From positions 1,652,416 to 1,716,415 of the forward strand of contig NEEC01000021.1 in the NCBI GenBank assembly GCA_002189035.1: a stretch of 64,000 bases of DNA, in the 5' to 3' direction. The DNA is from Utricularia gibba. Taxonomy: Eukaryota > Plantae > Magnoliophyta. The position numbers and the translations under genes were made by a program. Every line of letters begins with the position of its first letter. Position 1 is the stretch's first letter. The notes beneath the pieces were generated by a model, which was not told the origin of the DNA, did not search any database, and was given only the letters and a program-made list of their open reading frames with translations. Shown one piece after another: positions 25,960 to 42,133 of the stretch.

Positions 25960-26599
25960 TGGCGGGTGACAAGCGGAGGGGTTGGCCTGGGGTTTAGCTT
26001 CCGAAATTGTTTCCCTGCTTGAAAGGTTTCTGTGTCTGCCGATTTTTGAGCTGTGATTTTGATGGTATGGAGCGTATTTTTGATTTATTTTGTGAATGGC
26101 AGGGCTTTACAGGAAAGGAAAATGCTGTCGACGCGGCTTCGATTTTTGTCGACGCAACCGGTGGTGAGCCAGCTGAAAAATGTTGCGCGGTTAATGTTTT
26201 ATGGGTTGAAGATAACTGCGCCCCTGATCAATGATTCTCAGGTACTCAACTTATAGTAGTATTCTTGCTCTGGGTTGAAGACATTCTTAGGTCTGTCATC
26301 AGATGATTGTGTGATCCCGTGTTCGTGTTAATTCATTGTTTATTCTATATTTCTAATGGATCCTGACATGTCTGAGCTTGTTACATTCTTGGGGAACCTC
26401 CATTTGAGTGAGTGTTTGCTTGCCTGTTTATTTGTTGGGCAGCGGGGGAATTTCCATGTCTTGGCCAATGCTGTATCCTACATGGTTTTTATAAAGCTTG
26501 AAATTTCGTTGCAGGGGTTTCAATAGTGGACGCAATGCCCATGCTTCATGTTCTGCGTTTACTTAATTGAATTCTAACGTCGTACTTTTCTTGCTTCAG

Positions 26600-27366
26600 A
26601 ACAAATATTTTAATGTTGGTTGGCCAGATTGCTCAGCCTTCAGGAATTTCTCAATATCAGGTTTTGAACCTGAAGATGTGTCCACCTCTTCAAGCACGGT
26701 ACCCCGTGTTAAATTCAAGAGGCTTGACAAAACAGCCAGGCATATAATGCAGGCACTTCATTTTAGATTTTTGCTTACGCTGTATCACCAGTGTTGCATC
26801 AAATTTATGGTGATATCTGTTTTGCTGCAGATAATTGATAGGGAGGCAGTAGAAGAAGTCAGGGCAAACAGAGAAATTCCTGAAATAAAGCCTGGTTATG
26901 AAATCCAGCTCAAAGTGGTAAGGAGCTTTCTTGATTGTACGACACTTTGGGCGATTTACTATTCTGGATGATGCAATCAGGAAGTACCAGAAAACAAAAG
27001 GCGCGTTTCAACGATCAAGGGAACTGTTATAGCTAAGCGGAATGCTGGTCTACAAAGTACTTTTAGAATACGGAGGCATGAAGCAGGAGTTTGCATTGAA
27101 TCTCTCTTCCCTCTGTGAGTTTTATCTCTCCTACATCTGTGAAGCTGCTGTTAAGACATAATTTGATGGGTGCTGTACAGTTGCATACGGTGCTAGACGC
27201 TACATTCTTAGCTTTTCGCCTTCTACAGTATCTGAATGCGGTCATGCATTTCATCGATAGGTATTCCCCGAACATAAAGGAGATAAAAGTTTTGGGTAAG
27301 AGGAGGGTGCGGAGGGCCAAGCTTTACTACCTCCGGGACAGAATGAATGCGTTGAAGAAGCAATAG
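26600..27366 (+). CDS. Organellar (probably mitochondrial) ribosomal protein L19; 5' exon(s) unresolved, possible ATG at 25959
   Basis: Exons read [64 protein letters not shown] and [22 protein letters not shown]. Confidence 0.85.
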
Positions 27367-28039
27367 CTTTTTCCCCTAATTTATGGGGCTAGGTGAACAA
27401 CGCATCAGTGGGGCTTATCAGTCTGGAAAAGCAGAAAAAGGCCTTAATGAACGATGAGAGTCTGTGTATGGCTATATTAACCTGAGGTGAAATGGAGATA
27501 TTGTTTTCTTTCTACTGTGGTACTGCCATGGAATAGCAAGCATTGCTGCTGCTTTTGCGAACTCTTTTGATACATCAATAATGTATGCATATTTTACTGG
27601 GGCTTCTTAGAGAAAGCTTGTGTAGCAATGAAGGAACCAAGCTGCTTATTCACTCGTGTTGAGATGGCAAGAAGAAGAAGAGGAAGAAGCTAAACACCTC
27701 AATTGCACACCAATTGAAGACCAACCTCTATGACGTGGCGTCCCGTGGTTCATATTGGGCTACGCAGGAGGGAAGCAGAGTCCATCCCAGGTTCTACAGA
27801 AAGCCCAACCAATGCCCATTGTCCAGCTGCTGCTTACAAAGCCCGATAGATAATCAGATGGGCGCCGTCTTGAACTTCCAAACGGGGGACACAGTCATTA
27901 GGAAAGTATTAAAATAATATTTATTTGTGAAGCAACTTGTCAGCCACCAATCATCCGGAGGACGGGAAGCAAAATGTGGATTGCAGGCGGATGATTCCTT
28001 CCCTGCGCATTGCATAATCTCCATCCAATCAGGAAAACG

Positions 28040-28447
28040 ATGAAGAAAAACACTGAAGAGTCTGAAACGGAGTTGCTTAAAGCAGTGGCCCAAGCGTGGC
28101 ATGGTCATTCGGGGATCCCTGCTGTGGCCGCAACCACCTCCGAGCACAGCGCCCACCGGAGATCCTTCATCCACAGACCCAGCCGGTTCAGACTAGAAGC
28201 CATCAGAGCTGCTGCTGCTGCTGGGAAAGATGTCAGCAGCTGGGATTTTAAGAAATCTCTATGGGATTCCTACGAAATTGTGTCTGTCACCAAGGAGCTG
28301 GAAAGAGGACTGGCCTTTGATCACCAGTTCTCGGAACTCAACTCCTTGAAGATCGTCGCCGTGAAACCCAAACGGGTTACCTTGAAGGACTTGTTTCGAA
28401 GGTCGTCCTCGAAGAGAATCTCCATGCCGCCGTTATCAGATCGATAG
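28040..28447 (+). CDS. Conserved plant uncharacterised protein, intronless
   Basis: The 135-aa ORF carries LLKAVAQAWH, PSRFRLEA and WDFKKSLWDSYEIV, a motif set I recall from a plant-specific small protein family. Confidence 0.75.
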   Translation: MKKNTEESETELLKAVAQAWHGHSGIPAVAATTSEHSAHRRSFIHRPSRFRLEAIRAAAAAGKDVSSWDFKKSLWDSYEIVSVTKELERGLAFDHQFSELNSLKIVAVKPKRVTLKDLFRRSSSKRISMPPLSDR

Positions 28448-28577
28448 CAGAAGAAGAAGGGGGCATGCAGGCTTATGTTGTGTTGTATTTCTAGCAAGCA
28501 AAAGACACTGCCTTTACATCAATGAAAGAAAACTGTAGCGTTTGTGTACTCAACAAACTCGCACTGTGCTGCATCTA

Positions 28578-31500
28578 TCATTCATTTACCAGAATCTCCC
28601 TCTCTAGCAACTGCAGTATATCCTCCACTCGATGACTAAACTTACCAACAACACTCTTGGTTATTCTTGGCGCAAACTTATTGCTCCTCAGCCACATTAT
28701 TCCGACATGAACCTCACACTTGCAAGAATTTTGTGCAGAGCTGGACTTCTCGATCTGGTATCGCAATTGAACCTGGATGACAAAAGAAAGCGCATCATCA
28801 TCTACCTCATCGCAAGATCGAGAATTGGTTCTGTGGGGGGAAGTAAAAGCTACATACTCTGAAGTGCTCTGCGAATGGGATGTCTTGGAAGGCCATTACC
28901 TCGTTGACAATCCATCCTTCATGGGACTCCGGCGACCTCAACTTCTGCTGCGTGCAACTGACTTCTCCTCCAAAGATTGAGATGCGGCGGTTAAATTTGT
29001 AGCAAACTCGCCTTTCTTGTACATCTGAGGCAGGTTGCTCCCACGGTGTCGTGATGTAGCTTTGGCAACCTGATTTGCTCATTACTCTGTGCTCCAAATC
29101 GCCTCCGTCAAACAACGTCATCACCGATGCCATCTTCAAAAAAAAAAACATAAAACACGTTGTTGAGTGGATCTTAAAGCTGCACAACGCTAGTTAGATT
29201 CTGCCTCACCTCCATTGGAAGTTCTGCTGAATAGATCCTGATCATCTTTGCATCTTCGAAGACCACATAAGATCCAGCGTCATCAGGCTGAGAAGACTTT
29301 TCATCATCATACATCTGCTGCTCAGCTGCAATCTCAGCCCTTTGATCAGGGTCCAGGTTTCTAGTTCTCCACAGTGCCATTATTGTTCTGTTAACCATTT
29401 TAATTAAGATTCTGAGGCAAAAAACAACGAGAAGTAACCATAACGTTAGTACCTGCTCGCGACATTTAGATTAACAAATGAATGGAAGTAGAAATGCAGT
29501 CTTCCTTCATTATCCATGGTCTTTGCTCCATGCCTTGCATCCAGGCCCCGACCCTTGTGCAATATGATCAAAAGGGAAGGGCTTCCAACGGTAGAGATGG
29601 ATGGAGGAAGAACCTGGATATTTGAAATGTCCTCCCAGAGGAAGAAAAATGTTGTTCTGTGCCCAAACAAATTTGCATAAAAGCCAACAATTCTTGCAGA
29701 AAGGAAAAGCCTTCCCTGAAGAAAATTAGAAGAGAAGGATCATCACCAAAGAAATCTTGACCATTTGGAGTTCATGAAGCCACATTAAATAAAAAATAAA
29801 GGCATGATGAATCCATGATCAAGATACCTGTAATGGCATTTTTCTCTTCAGGGAACAGGAGAAATCACTGATGAGAAATTCTTCTGGTGGCAGCCCAAAA
29901 ATCTTTTGAAAGGTTGAGTTTCGATGAGGTGATCTGAGGTTTAACTGCAGGCACAGTGTACCCTCAAGAGTCAGCTTTCGAGCAGTTTTTTCTTCAGGAT
30001 TAAACAAAAAATACCTTCTTTCCCACTTCTTTCTCCAAATTCGATAGATAATCCCTGATGGTTTCCACTCCATTATTGTTGTCCAAGAAAATTCTCAAGT
30101 GCAGTTTAGTTTGAGAAGTTTGTGCAAGTCTTCCCTCAAGAGGAACCCAGATATCAGCTAACTGAGCAGCAGTATGCTTCAAAAAATTTATTTCAGCACG
30201 CCCCAAAGAGGCCGCTTGGTCAAAAGGGCCTTCAAAATCAAAAACCTCAACCTCTAGTAAAGATGGGGGCTCATCAATGGCATCAAATTCAAGTATCTCT
30301 GCATTTTACCGTTTTAGAAGTCTATTCAAAAGGATGTGGAAAAAGTAAGCAAGAAAAGAAAAAACGTGAGGAAAAAGATGCAGTACCATTCCATTGAGGG
30401 TCAAGAGTTTGAAGCTTCACAGAGCTTGTTCTCTTCTTCCCATTGCAAGTGAACACCACATAAGGATCTGGAGTTTCTTTTGGATCAGTCGGAGCTATGT
30501 TAGACACCTCAATCAGCGCGATCGTAAGAATCCAACCCTCACCTTGTGCTTTGACTCCATGATCACTACCTATAAAATACAGCTGAAAATCAAACGAAGA
30601 AAAAATGGCACCAGATAATGACAACTTGTGAAGGACCAACATATACTACCTCTTTGTAGTCTTGCCTCCACGAAATGGAAAACCATATCAAATACTCGCT
30701 CAAGCTGTATGACCAACAAGCCACCTGTGATCAGTGCACCCAAACTATCCGGTAAATCAAGCCCTTCAAATTCCAAGCCCTGATGTTTTGATGGCTCAGA
30801 CAAGAAAATGTGGAGAAGTATGTATATCAGCATAAACATCGTGGAAATCACAGTGAAATTCCAAAAGTACTTAACAGCCGACAAAGAACACTTCTGACTG
30901 CCCATTGTCGCAAGAATATGATCTTTCTCTGACATTTCTGCCACTCCAACTTTCTTAAACTTTTGAGATACTATACTAGAAAACTGCTCAAAATTCTCCT
31001 TCAACCCCTGCCTAGCACCACCCTCAATCATTCCCCTTACCATGGTGCTTTGACTAAAGTTAATAGCCCAAGAAACAACAAGATGGGAAGTCTCCTCTCC
31101 AGAAGATAACTCCACGCCGGGCATGATTTTGTAAAGTAACTCAATTTTGAATATGCTTCCATACGGAGCATCCGGGGTGCTCACATTGACTAAAACAGCA
31201 AATTCTTTGCCATCAGCCTTTAAATATGCTTGTTCTTCTGTGGCTTTAATAGCCTTAACCAGTTTCGTGGCAGGTTTTGTGTATGTCACCACTCTCCTCA
31301 AAGATGGGATGCAGCCCGATTTCCACATCCAAGCTTCCTCTCTGTAATCTGTTGTTCCCTGAAGTTCCACCATACTCTTGATTAACTCAGCATTTGGTGC
31401 AAATATAGCCATATTGAGATCCTTCGGTGAACCCACAAAAGTCTCTTCAAGAAGAACACCTCCCTGCAGATTTTCAGGAGATTCAACGGATTCCTTCTTA

Positions 31501-32520
31501 GATTGTAGGAATTCAATTAAATCCTGAAAACTAGACTGATTAGGAGTTTCTTCCAAGACTGCTTCATTGTCGGTGAGAGTAGACGGTTCCAACAAATTCT
31601 CATTTCCTACTATTTCCTCCTCCTTGCTGTTGAACAGCTTCTCAAAATGACCAGCAATGACCTTCATCACTGGTTTGACCTCAAGGGCTTTCTTTGACAG
31701 GGAGGACGGTAAAAAGCTATGAAGAGAAGAAGCAAGCTTAGCTTCGAACTTGAGAAATTGATTGCTGTCAGAAGTTGAAGCATCACGATCTCCTCTCTGC
31801 AGAGACAGAGCAAGAAGTAGTTTGCCTGATACGTTCAACAAAAACTAAGTTATCAATCATTCCCTCGTCACACCAAAAAAAGACAACACTCTTTAGCATG
31901 AACGGGTGAATAACTCCCCTTCAAACAACGAAATTTCATTCAAAACTCTGCTTGCACAGTCTAAGGCAAAAGGTGAATTCCATGCCAGTTCAGTCATAAG
32001 CTTTCTGTAAAGATTTTCCTATAATTCGACACATACCACTTTCGGAAATTATCAACCCAAGACAGAAAAACTTCTTTGCCCGGTGACCAAATATTTTCTT
32101 CAACGAATCAATCCAAACAAAGCGTAGAACTTGAACCGGTAAAATAAAAATTAACTGCTACTAACCACAATGTCTGTCAGCAGACTTCACGTTCTTGGGC
32201 CTTTCAACAGAGAACCAAGTTGGGGGCAAGCTCTGATTCTCCTCCGCCACAACGCTCCAGATAGGGATCTTAACACGACCCACCAATTCCCCACCGTGAA
32301 CATTAAACAGCCCCGCTTCTTGATCATCGTGCTTGTAAACAGAAATCGCAAGTTCATCATCCAAATCGCGGACCCGAAACACAAACTCCTCTTTCCAAAT
32401 TGGGTTCTCAGTGTTCTTCACAACTCTAGCCGTCGACTTGTACTTGCCAACTCTCAGCTTCACATACGATTCCTTCAGTGACCACTCAGCCCCCTCCAAC
32501 AAATAAACGTGAAGCCTCAT
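28578..32520 (-). CDS. C2 + VASt + C2 + GRAM + VASt domain protein (membrane-contact-site lipid transfer type)
   Basis: The first C2 reads MRLHVYLLE..PIWKEEFVF. A VASt/TM exon follows, then a second C2 (DPYVVFTCNGKKRTSS), GRAM (FQKIFGLPPEEFLISDFSCSLKRKMPLQGRLFLSAR) and a terminal VASt. Confidence 0.9.
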
Positions 32521-33626
32521 TCCCTCTTCCGGAAGTTCCTGCAACCAGCCAAGTTCTCATTCGTGAGAAATGATCATCATCCATGGAATAAAAGACGCGT
32601 CTTACTACACAATTCCGTCTCAGCGATTTCACCGCCGAGTTGTGACGTGGGGAGTCTCCGTAACTGACACGGAGAACCGCAATTGTAAAAATATACCATT
32701 TTTCCCAGAAATGGGTGCGAAGCGGAGGCAAAGTCGGTTCTGCTGCTGCGTCACTTTGTGGCAGTTATTACGCAAAGCGGTGGACAGGAAGAACTGGTCC
32801 CGAGACGGAATCTTTTTACTCCTGAAATTGTCGGTGAAACCCGCACACCAGACTTCAGATTAACAAAGGTAATGGAATACACCTCATTTACTCAACGCAA
32901 CACCAATGGAAAGAAAGACGTCTCGATTGGTTTCTTCTTCTTTTCTTCTTTCCCTCCCCCGCGTCAAGATGGTTCACCTCGAGCACAAGAAATTTGGAGT
33001 TGATCCCGAGGTTCGGGTACAGGTTTTTCTTCTTTTTTATTAGAAATCCATTCTGTCAATGGAGAAGAATCACGCCATCAATCCTAAATCCACCAAGTGT
33101 TAGGAGAGGAGAAGCACGGAAGGTGTGACGACGTCTGTGCAGTCCGTAGTAACGAAGCATTCAATGCATGAGGCTTATTCCACGCGTATAGAATATCAAC
33201 TCTTGACTTTCAATTGTATCTACCCTTCGCTAATGTGGGTTTTGCAGAGTGCAGAGTGCAGGGGTGACCTGTCCCACACGCCAGGGCATACCACATCTCC
33301 TTAACACTTGTTTATATGTGGGCCATGCGTGCGTGGGGGGTGTTCTGTGAATGTGCAGTCGCAGCCCACTCCTGGAAAGCTTTCTAACTCTCATGTGATT
33401 AGTCAAAAAACTTCTTGCATCAGGAAAATCTGTACTGCATTGATGATTACTGCAGGTCTTGTTTTATGAGAAAAATCCGCGTGTCGATTCCATACATCAA
33501 GATGGAGGGAGAAGAGACAAAGGCTACATACAGTTCAACACACCTTTGCCTTCCCCATCCCCTCCCTACCAGTTCACCATCGCAGGTTCTATCTGGCCGA
33601 CGCTTCTGTTAGGAGGGGAATTGTGA

Positions 33627-36369
<2,743 letters not shown>

Positions 36370-36844
36370 ACGTTAGAACAACTGATCTCTATCTACCCTT
36401 TTGAAATATAGCAGATTTGGAAAAATAAAGGAGGAAGTGTGAAAAGCCCCGTGGAGGAGAGTTGCAGAGTTTTTGGTTTCATGCAGCAGCACAAAACTGA
36501 AGGAATCTGGGAAAAATCCGGTTCCGTGTCCTCAAGATGAACCAGGTAAAGCTGCGGCTGCAGGGTTTTGGGTTAGAGCGGCCGAACGAGTTTGTTTGTT
36601 CTGTTGTATGAGTCACGCATATAATATAACTCTTTACAGGCAGTAGCCAGTACAGTACCCAACATGGTTCTTCTTCACGTTGACAGTACAAAAAATTAGG
36701 GTTTAAATGCCAACAAAAATGAAGTCGCGCTTTCCTTTTTGACTCTTCTCGCAAAGTCGTGATGCCATTAAAGCTTAAACTTAAAAAGGCGCAGTTCTGA
36801 TTCATTAGAGTAACCGTCTTCTTGTTCCTCCTCGCACGCAAACA

Positions 36845-37797
36845 ATGGGTTGTCCGAAGTTCAACTTTTTTCAGGCATTTTTTTCCTTGCTATTTTTCCT
36901 AATTATCGCCGAGGGCGTCGCGGGCAGAGAGTTGGAGTCTCCTGAGTACACTGTGGTACACAAAGAATCTGATTTCGAGGTGAGATTTTACAGAAACTCG
37001 GCATGGATGACTGCTCCGACGGATGAAGTCTCCTTCGACAAAGCTACGAAATTTGGATTTCACAGGTACCTTTTTTCTTGTATTCTTTATTTATTTGATT
37101 AATTTAGGGTGTTTTCCAGATGATGATGATAATGATACGTGAAATATCCTCCTTGTGAACCTCATAGAAATTTGGGATGAAAATCTGTGTCAGCTTTCGT
37201 TGAATATTTAGACATAGGTATTGCAGTGGAGTGAAACAAAAGCTGCAGAGCTTGATTTAAGCCTTTCTGTTACTGGCGTAGAACTCAGTATTCCACCAAA
37301 TCTGATTAGTCACTGACCTCAATTCTCGAAATCCTAATCTTTAGGTTGTTTGAGTACATTGAAGGTGCAAACTTGAACTTCTCTCGACTATCAATGACGA
37401 AGCCGGTCCTAACCAGCATAGTTCCAGGGGAGGGCCTCTTTCTTCATCTGCATACTTTGTAAAATTCTACTTGCCATTGGAGTTTCAAGAAACTCCACCA
37501 ACGCCGCTCTCTGAACTTAACCTTCAACCGGATTGGTGGAGGAGCCATTGTATTGCTGTGAGAACATTCTCAGGATTTGCAAGGGATAGCAATATCGTGA
37601 AGCAGGCTGAGAAATTGGCTGCGAGCTTAAGCCAGTCTCCTTGGGCTAACTCCACCAGCACTGGCAGTGGTTATGCTTACTCCATTGCACAGTATGACTC
37701 GCCATTCAGGCTCATCGGGCGTCTAAATGAAGTGTGGGTTGATGTTGATGGCTCCAAAGAGGATGGCTGTGGATCTCCTGCTGTCAATGCATATTAA
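36845..37797 (+). CDS. SOUL heme-binding family protein with signal peptide, 2 exons; apparent -1 indel at 37432-37436
   Basis: Motifs are ESPEYTVVH..FEVRFY, ATKFGFHRLFEYIEGAN, MTKPVLTS, AVRTFSGFA and AQYDSPFRLIGRLNEVW. One added base restores PGEGPLSSSAYFVKFYLP. Confidence 0.88.
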
Positions 37798-38572
37798 GCT
37801 CTCTGGTCACCCCAGTGAGCAGTGACAGCATCAGTATACTGTAGACTGCATGGAGAACACGGTAGGACTTCTACCTTGGTCCTCTTAACAATGGTGCTTT
37901 CATTATTTAAGAATATGCATTATATGGCGAGTCTCAAGAACCGTCAGGGATCGGCAAATGGGACTTGTATCTGATTGTACATTCAAACCTCAGATGATTC
38001 TTGATCTATTAAAAGAATGTCTGGATATCGATAACGATCCAGATGTCCTGATGATAACGATCTAAAGCGTCTTGAATATGCTTACTCCATCGCAAACAGA
38101 TGACCCTGAACTCTTCTTCTATGATCCAAAATTTACATTGCATCGATGCCTTGAGTGTGGCCTAGGAATTGTGAATGTGCTTTACATTATTTAAAACAGA
38201 AAATTGGATGCAGCCCAGGTTTTCTGTTTGCAAAGCAGTGCAATTACTCAGCCTCTTGTCTCGTCATTTTGTACTGTCCACGTGTTATTTGCCAATATGG
38301 TGGCTGAACTCGATGATACAGAGGATGATGAAAAGGGGAAAGGCTGATAAAACCCCACGGTTCTTCTGTAGTTCTTCTTAAGCACATTCCTTGATAGTAT
38401 GGTTTAGACGTCTGCATGGAAAGCACTCCGATGTTGAATGGTTATGTTTTTAGCAAATGTTTCATTGCTTAGGAAAATTCATGTACCAAAACAACGTATG
38501 TTATACACTTTATGAATGGAGGTTGGAGAGAGCTCTTTGTTATTGTTTCTTGAATCAAGAAAGCTTCTCTCA

Positions 38573-40871
38573 TTAGAGAGCTGCCGCACCATTGAAGGAT
38601 GCTTCCTCCTTGAGCTTCTGAAATCCAAAGAAACCTCGTTTACAGCCCAAACCAAACTGAGAACCATGCTGACAAGTGTTGTTTTTATTTGCTTACTTTT
38701 GATATGTCGATCCACAAATCCAGAGTCTTGATGGCATCACCAGAGACGAGCGTTCTCCGAGCAAGATCCACGCCTTCAGCCAAATCTGAGACTCTCCCAC
38801 AAACCAAAAGTGCAGCTGCAGCGTTTAGAATCTGCGAAATTTCAAATCTACTTCATTGACAACTTTGGTAGGTGAATTGCAAAACTGTGAAAATGGAAAT
38901 AAAAAGATTACCAGTGCATTGGCTATGGGCCTTCTTTTCCAGATAACACCAGTCTTAGTATATCAGCATTATACTCCGGTCCACCACCACGTAGGTCTTC
39001 CAAGGTGCAACGAGGAATTCCAAAGTCCACTAGACGATCACAGCAAGAGTAGAACAAAAGCGTTCAATTGATCGTAATCCTGAAAAGGATGAGCCATACA
39101 AGATATGCTTCTCACATGGATCGAACACGAACTTCTCTATCTTATCCGGAGTGACATCAAGAACTAATCCAGGTCCTGTCCAGGTATTTCAATACAAGAA
39201 TAGCATTTCAGCAGACCAATAATTTCATGTGTAAATAGAAAGCAGTTACAGTGGTTTATCTTTCTTCGAGCTATGACCGTGGGTGCCGTTTTTGTAAGGA
39301 GAAAGCACGCTCGTGAAGGGCAGATCTTACCAAGAGGGCTTATTTCATCAAGTCCTGCAGAGTGAACAATAAGTGCTCGCTTCATGCCGAATCTTTGTAG
39401 GGCCATGGCCATCTTATGAACCTGAATGTCGATGATTTAACTACCATTAAGTTTGTTTTCGTATGCGATGTTGCAGGAAAACAAAACTATAGAAGACACA
39501 CACTCACCAAATCCTCGTTGTAAACACCAACAACAGCATAGGAAACTTTTGCTGGATTCAGCATGGGGCCTAAGATATTGAATACTGTCTTCACTTTAAG
39601 CTTCTTTCTTATAGGCCTAACGATCTTCATTGCCGGGTGGTAGACAGGAGACATCATAAAGCCAATTCCCACATGGTTTGCGCACCTGGTAACTGCCTGG
39701 ATACCATGAGATCAGATGAAGTTGTTGATGCATAAGCCAGTAAGAAAAATAGACGCACAAACTTGACAAATTTTTAATGGTATGGAAAAAATCCTCTCAT
39801 TTTACTAAAGCAGCCACTCCAAATCCTCCATAGAGCTCGAAGCTTCACTTAAATAGGCAAGATATCATAAAGTTTATACATACCTCTGGCCCCATCGAGA
39901 TTTCAATACCCAGCGCTTCAAGAACGTCAGCGCTACCACAAGAAGATGAACTGGAACGGTTACCTTGCTGAGACAAAGCTCAATTTAAGCGCCAGACTTT
40001 GTAAAACCATCATAAATAGAATGAGGTTATCGGTGAACCTTAGCCACTTTTGCTCCACAAGCTGCAGCAAGGATGGAAGATCCGGTGGAAATGTTGACTG
40101 TGTTTGCACCATCACCGCCTGTTCCAACAATGTCCACGGCATCACTCAGGCCTTCAACTCTTCTGCATTGTTTCATCATGGCTCTAGCCAGCCCAACTAC
40201 CTTACAAATATACACATTCTACACTGTCAGGAAGCCGACACCACCAATGTATTAAAAATGTGCGGTTCCAAGAAAAAATGACACAGAATATCAAGAAATT
40301 GCCGTCAATTTTCCTACAGCTTGTCCGTATCTATTTTAGGAAGCGCTTGTGAAAACAGTTTAAGACGCAAGGAGATGGAGAACAATATATCACAATGTCA
40401 AATTTCAAAGAAAAAGAACCACTTACCTCTTCAAAGGTCTCTCCTTTGGCTCTCAAGAGCACCAAAAAAGCGCTGATGAGAGCTTCATCAGCGGTCTCCA
40501 ACAAGAACTCAAGACAGGCCTCAGCTTCTGCTTCTGATAAGTTCACCCCATTTATCAAAGCTTCTATCAGCTGAAACCCAATACAGAGAGATGAATAGCC
40601 AAATCAATAAAAAGCCAATGAAGCCTAAACACCAAGGAAAACAAACCCAGATGGAAAACCCCTTTATCACCTGATTAAAAGAGGATTCTTGGGGTGCATA
40701 AGAGCCGGAAGTGAAACTTCGTAGAGCCGTTGGCAGAAAGGTGCAACATTTGACACCGCAAATCTTTGGAATCCTTGAATAAGCTTTGAGCAGAGGAGGA
40801 CAGTTATAGACGGGAACATTCCGATTATGGGCGAGGGAGAAACACCCAGGAGTATGACGCAGAGTCGCCAT
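38573..40871 (-). CDS. PAT1: Anthranilate phosphoribosyltransferase (TrpD), plastid-targeted, multi-exon; apparent -1 indel at 38927-38929
   Basis: Motifs are [73 protein letters not shown] and LNAAAALLV. Confidence 0.92.
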
Positions 40872-42133
40872 TTTTACAATTAATTCCGACGGACTCACAG
40901 AAACGGCCGCCTAGTGTAATTTTGGGTGACAATAAATAAAGTCAATGGCGCGTCGATGGGTGCAAACAATGTTGAAGCCGATGGCTACAGCTGCTACGCA
41001 ATGTCAAGAATTGGCCTTTCGGACACTTGGATCTTATCCACCAATAGTTTTTAAACGCCATGATCCGTGGAACCAGGGAAGAGATAGTTCAGATCACCCG
41101 GGGGCTTCGTATTCGGGTGATTTAGCAAGAAAAGTAATTCTTTAATGGACAAAGCAGTAACAGTGACTCCGTCCAGTTGCAAGCTGAGATTTGTGGCTGC
41201 AATTTGATGACAAGTTGTGGGCCTTGTGGTGACATCACTATTTCAATATATAAATATAAGATAAAACAACCCTGCTACTGTTTGCGTTTGTAGTTCGAGA
41301 CTTCCAACAGCAACATCATCGCTACTCTTTGCTTCACTCTCTCCAGAACTGGTTTATGGTTCTCCTTATTTTGCTTTTGACGCTGGCTTCAAATGAAGCC
41401 AACCTGAAATGATGACAGATCTTAAAAGCATCATTTTGTGGTTTAGTGCTAGAAGAAGTTTTGCACTCATTTCAGAGTTGGGTAGGCGAAGAAGATGGGA
41501 TGTTTTACCATACGGGACGCTGGACGCAGATTGCTGATGGGGGAACTCAGCTGAGGCAACTGTGCTGTGTGCATTAAATGAAATGCAGGATTTGAAGAGC
41601 TGTTCAACGAAGTTGGCATGAAGTCAAGCGTCCTGCCAGGACTTCAGGGAATTTGTTTAACAGCACATCAAGGTCCCATAATCATCCACTCGCTTGCTGA
41701 TTTTCTCGATTCTCGTGTAGCTACCAGGTTGTTTGAGAAATAGTATTTAGTCTGTTGCAAGTTCTGTTTTTGATATAGTTCAGATCGTTATCCTTATTTA
41801 AAAGTTTCACTTGTTTGTATTTTTTTTTCAATGGCAAATCACTTGTTTGTCAATTGAATAGTAGCTCTTTTCTTCCATGAGATCATATCAATCCATGTGA
41901 CATGGCACTGTATTTGGTCTGCGCGTCTTAGTGTTTCAATCCATTTCAGTATACTTGGCTTGTCAAAAAGGGTCTACGATTTTACGCTTCGTGCCAATTA
42001 TGCAGATATACTACTATTCTGCACTAGATTACTTCTTTTGGGCTTGATTCAAGATGCTTTCTCCGTTATCTGTGCATCAAGCCAGAAAGTTGGCCGTTTA
42101 ACTTCAAAACTTGCACATTGTGTGTAATTATAG

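Noticed and set aside
33259-33271. 13-nt match (CAGGTCACCCCTG, minus strand) to the 3' part of miR398
   Set aside because: The 5' seed half does not match and I see no star arm or hairpin. A match of this length to some miRNA is expected by chance.
33271-33400. GTCCCACAC plus TATA resembling an snRNA or telomerase-RNA (USE-TATA) promoter
   Set aside because: The USE is imperfect, the spacing is intermediate and no AACCC template follows. The TATA fits better as a minus-strand Pol II element upstream of the C2 gene.
41356-41412. TATA followed by a signal-peptide-like mini-ORF (MVLLILLLTLASNEANLK)
   Set aside because: It ends in tandem TGA after 18 codons, with no splice donor and no recognisable peptide-hormone or Cys-rich motif downstream.
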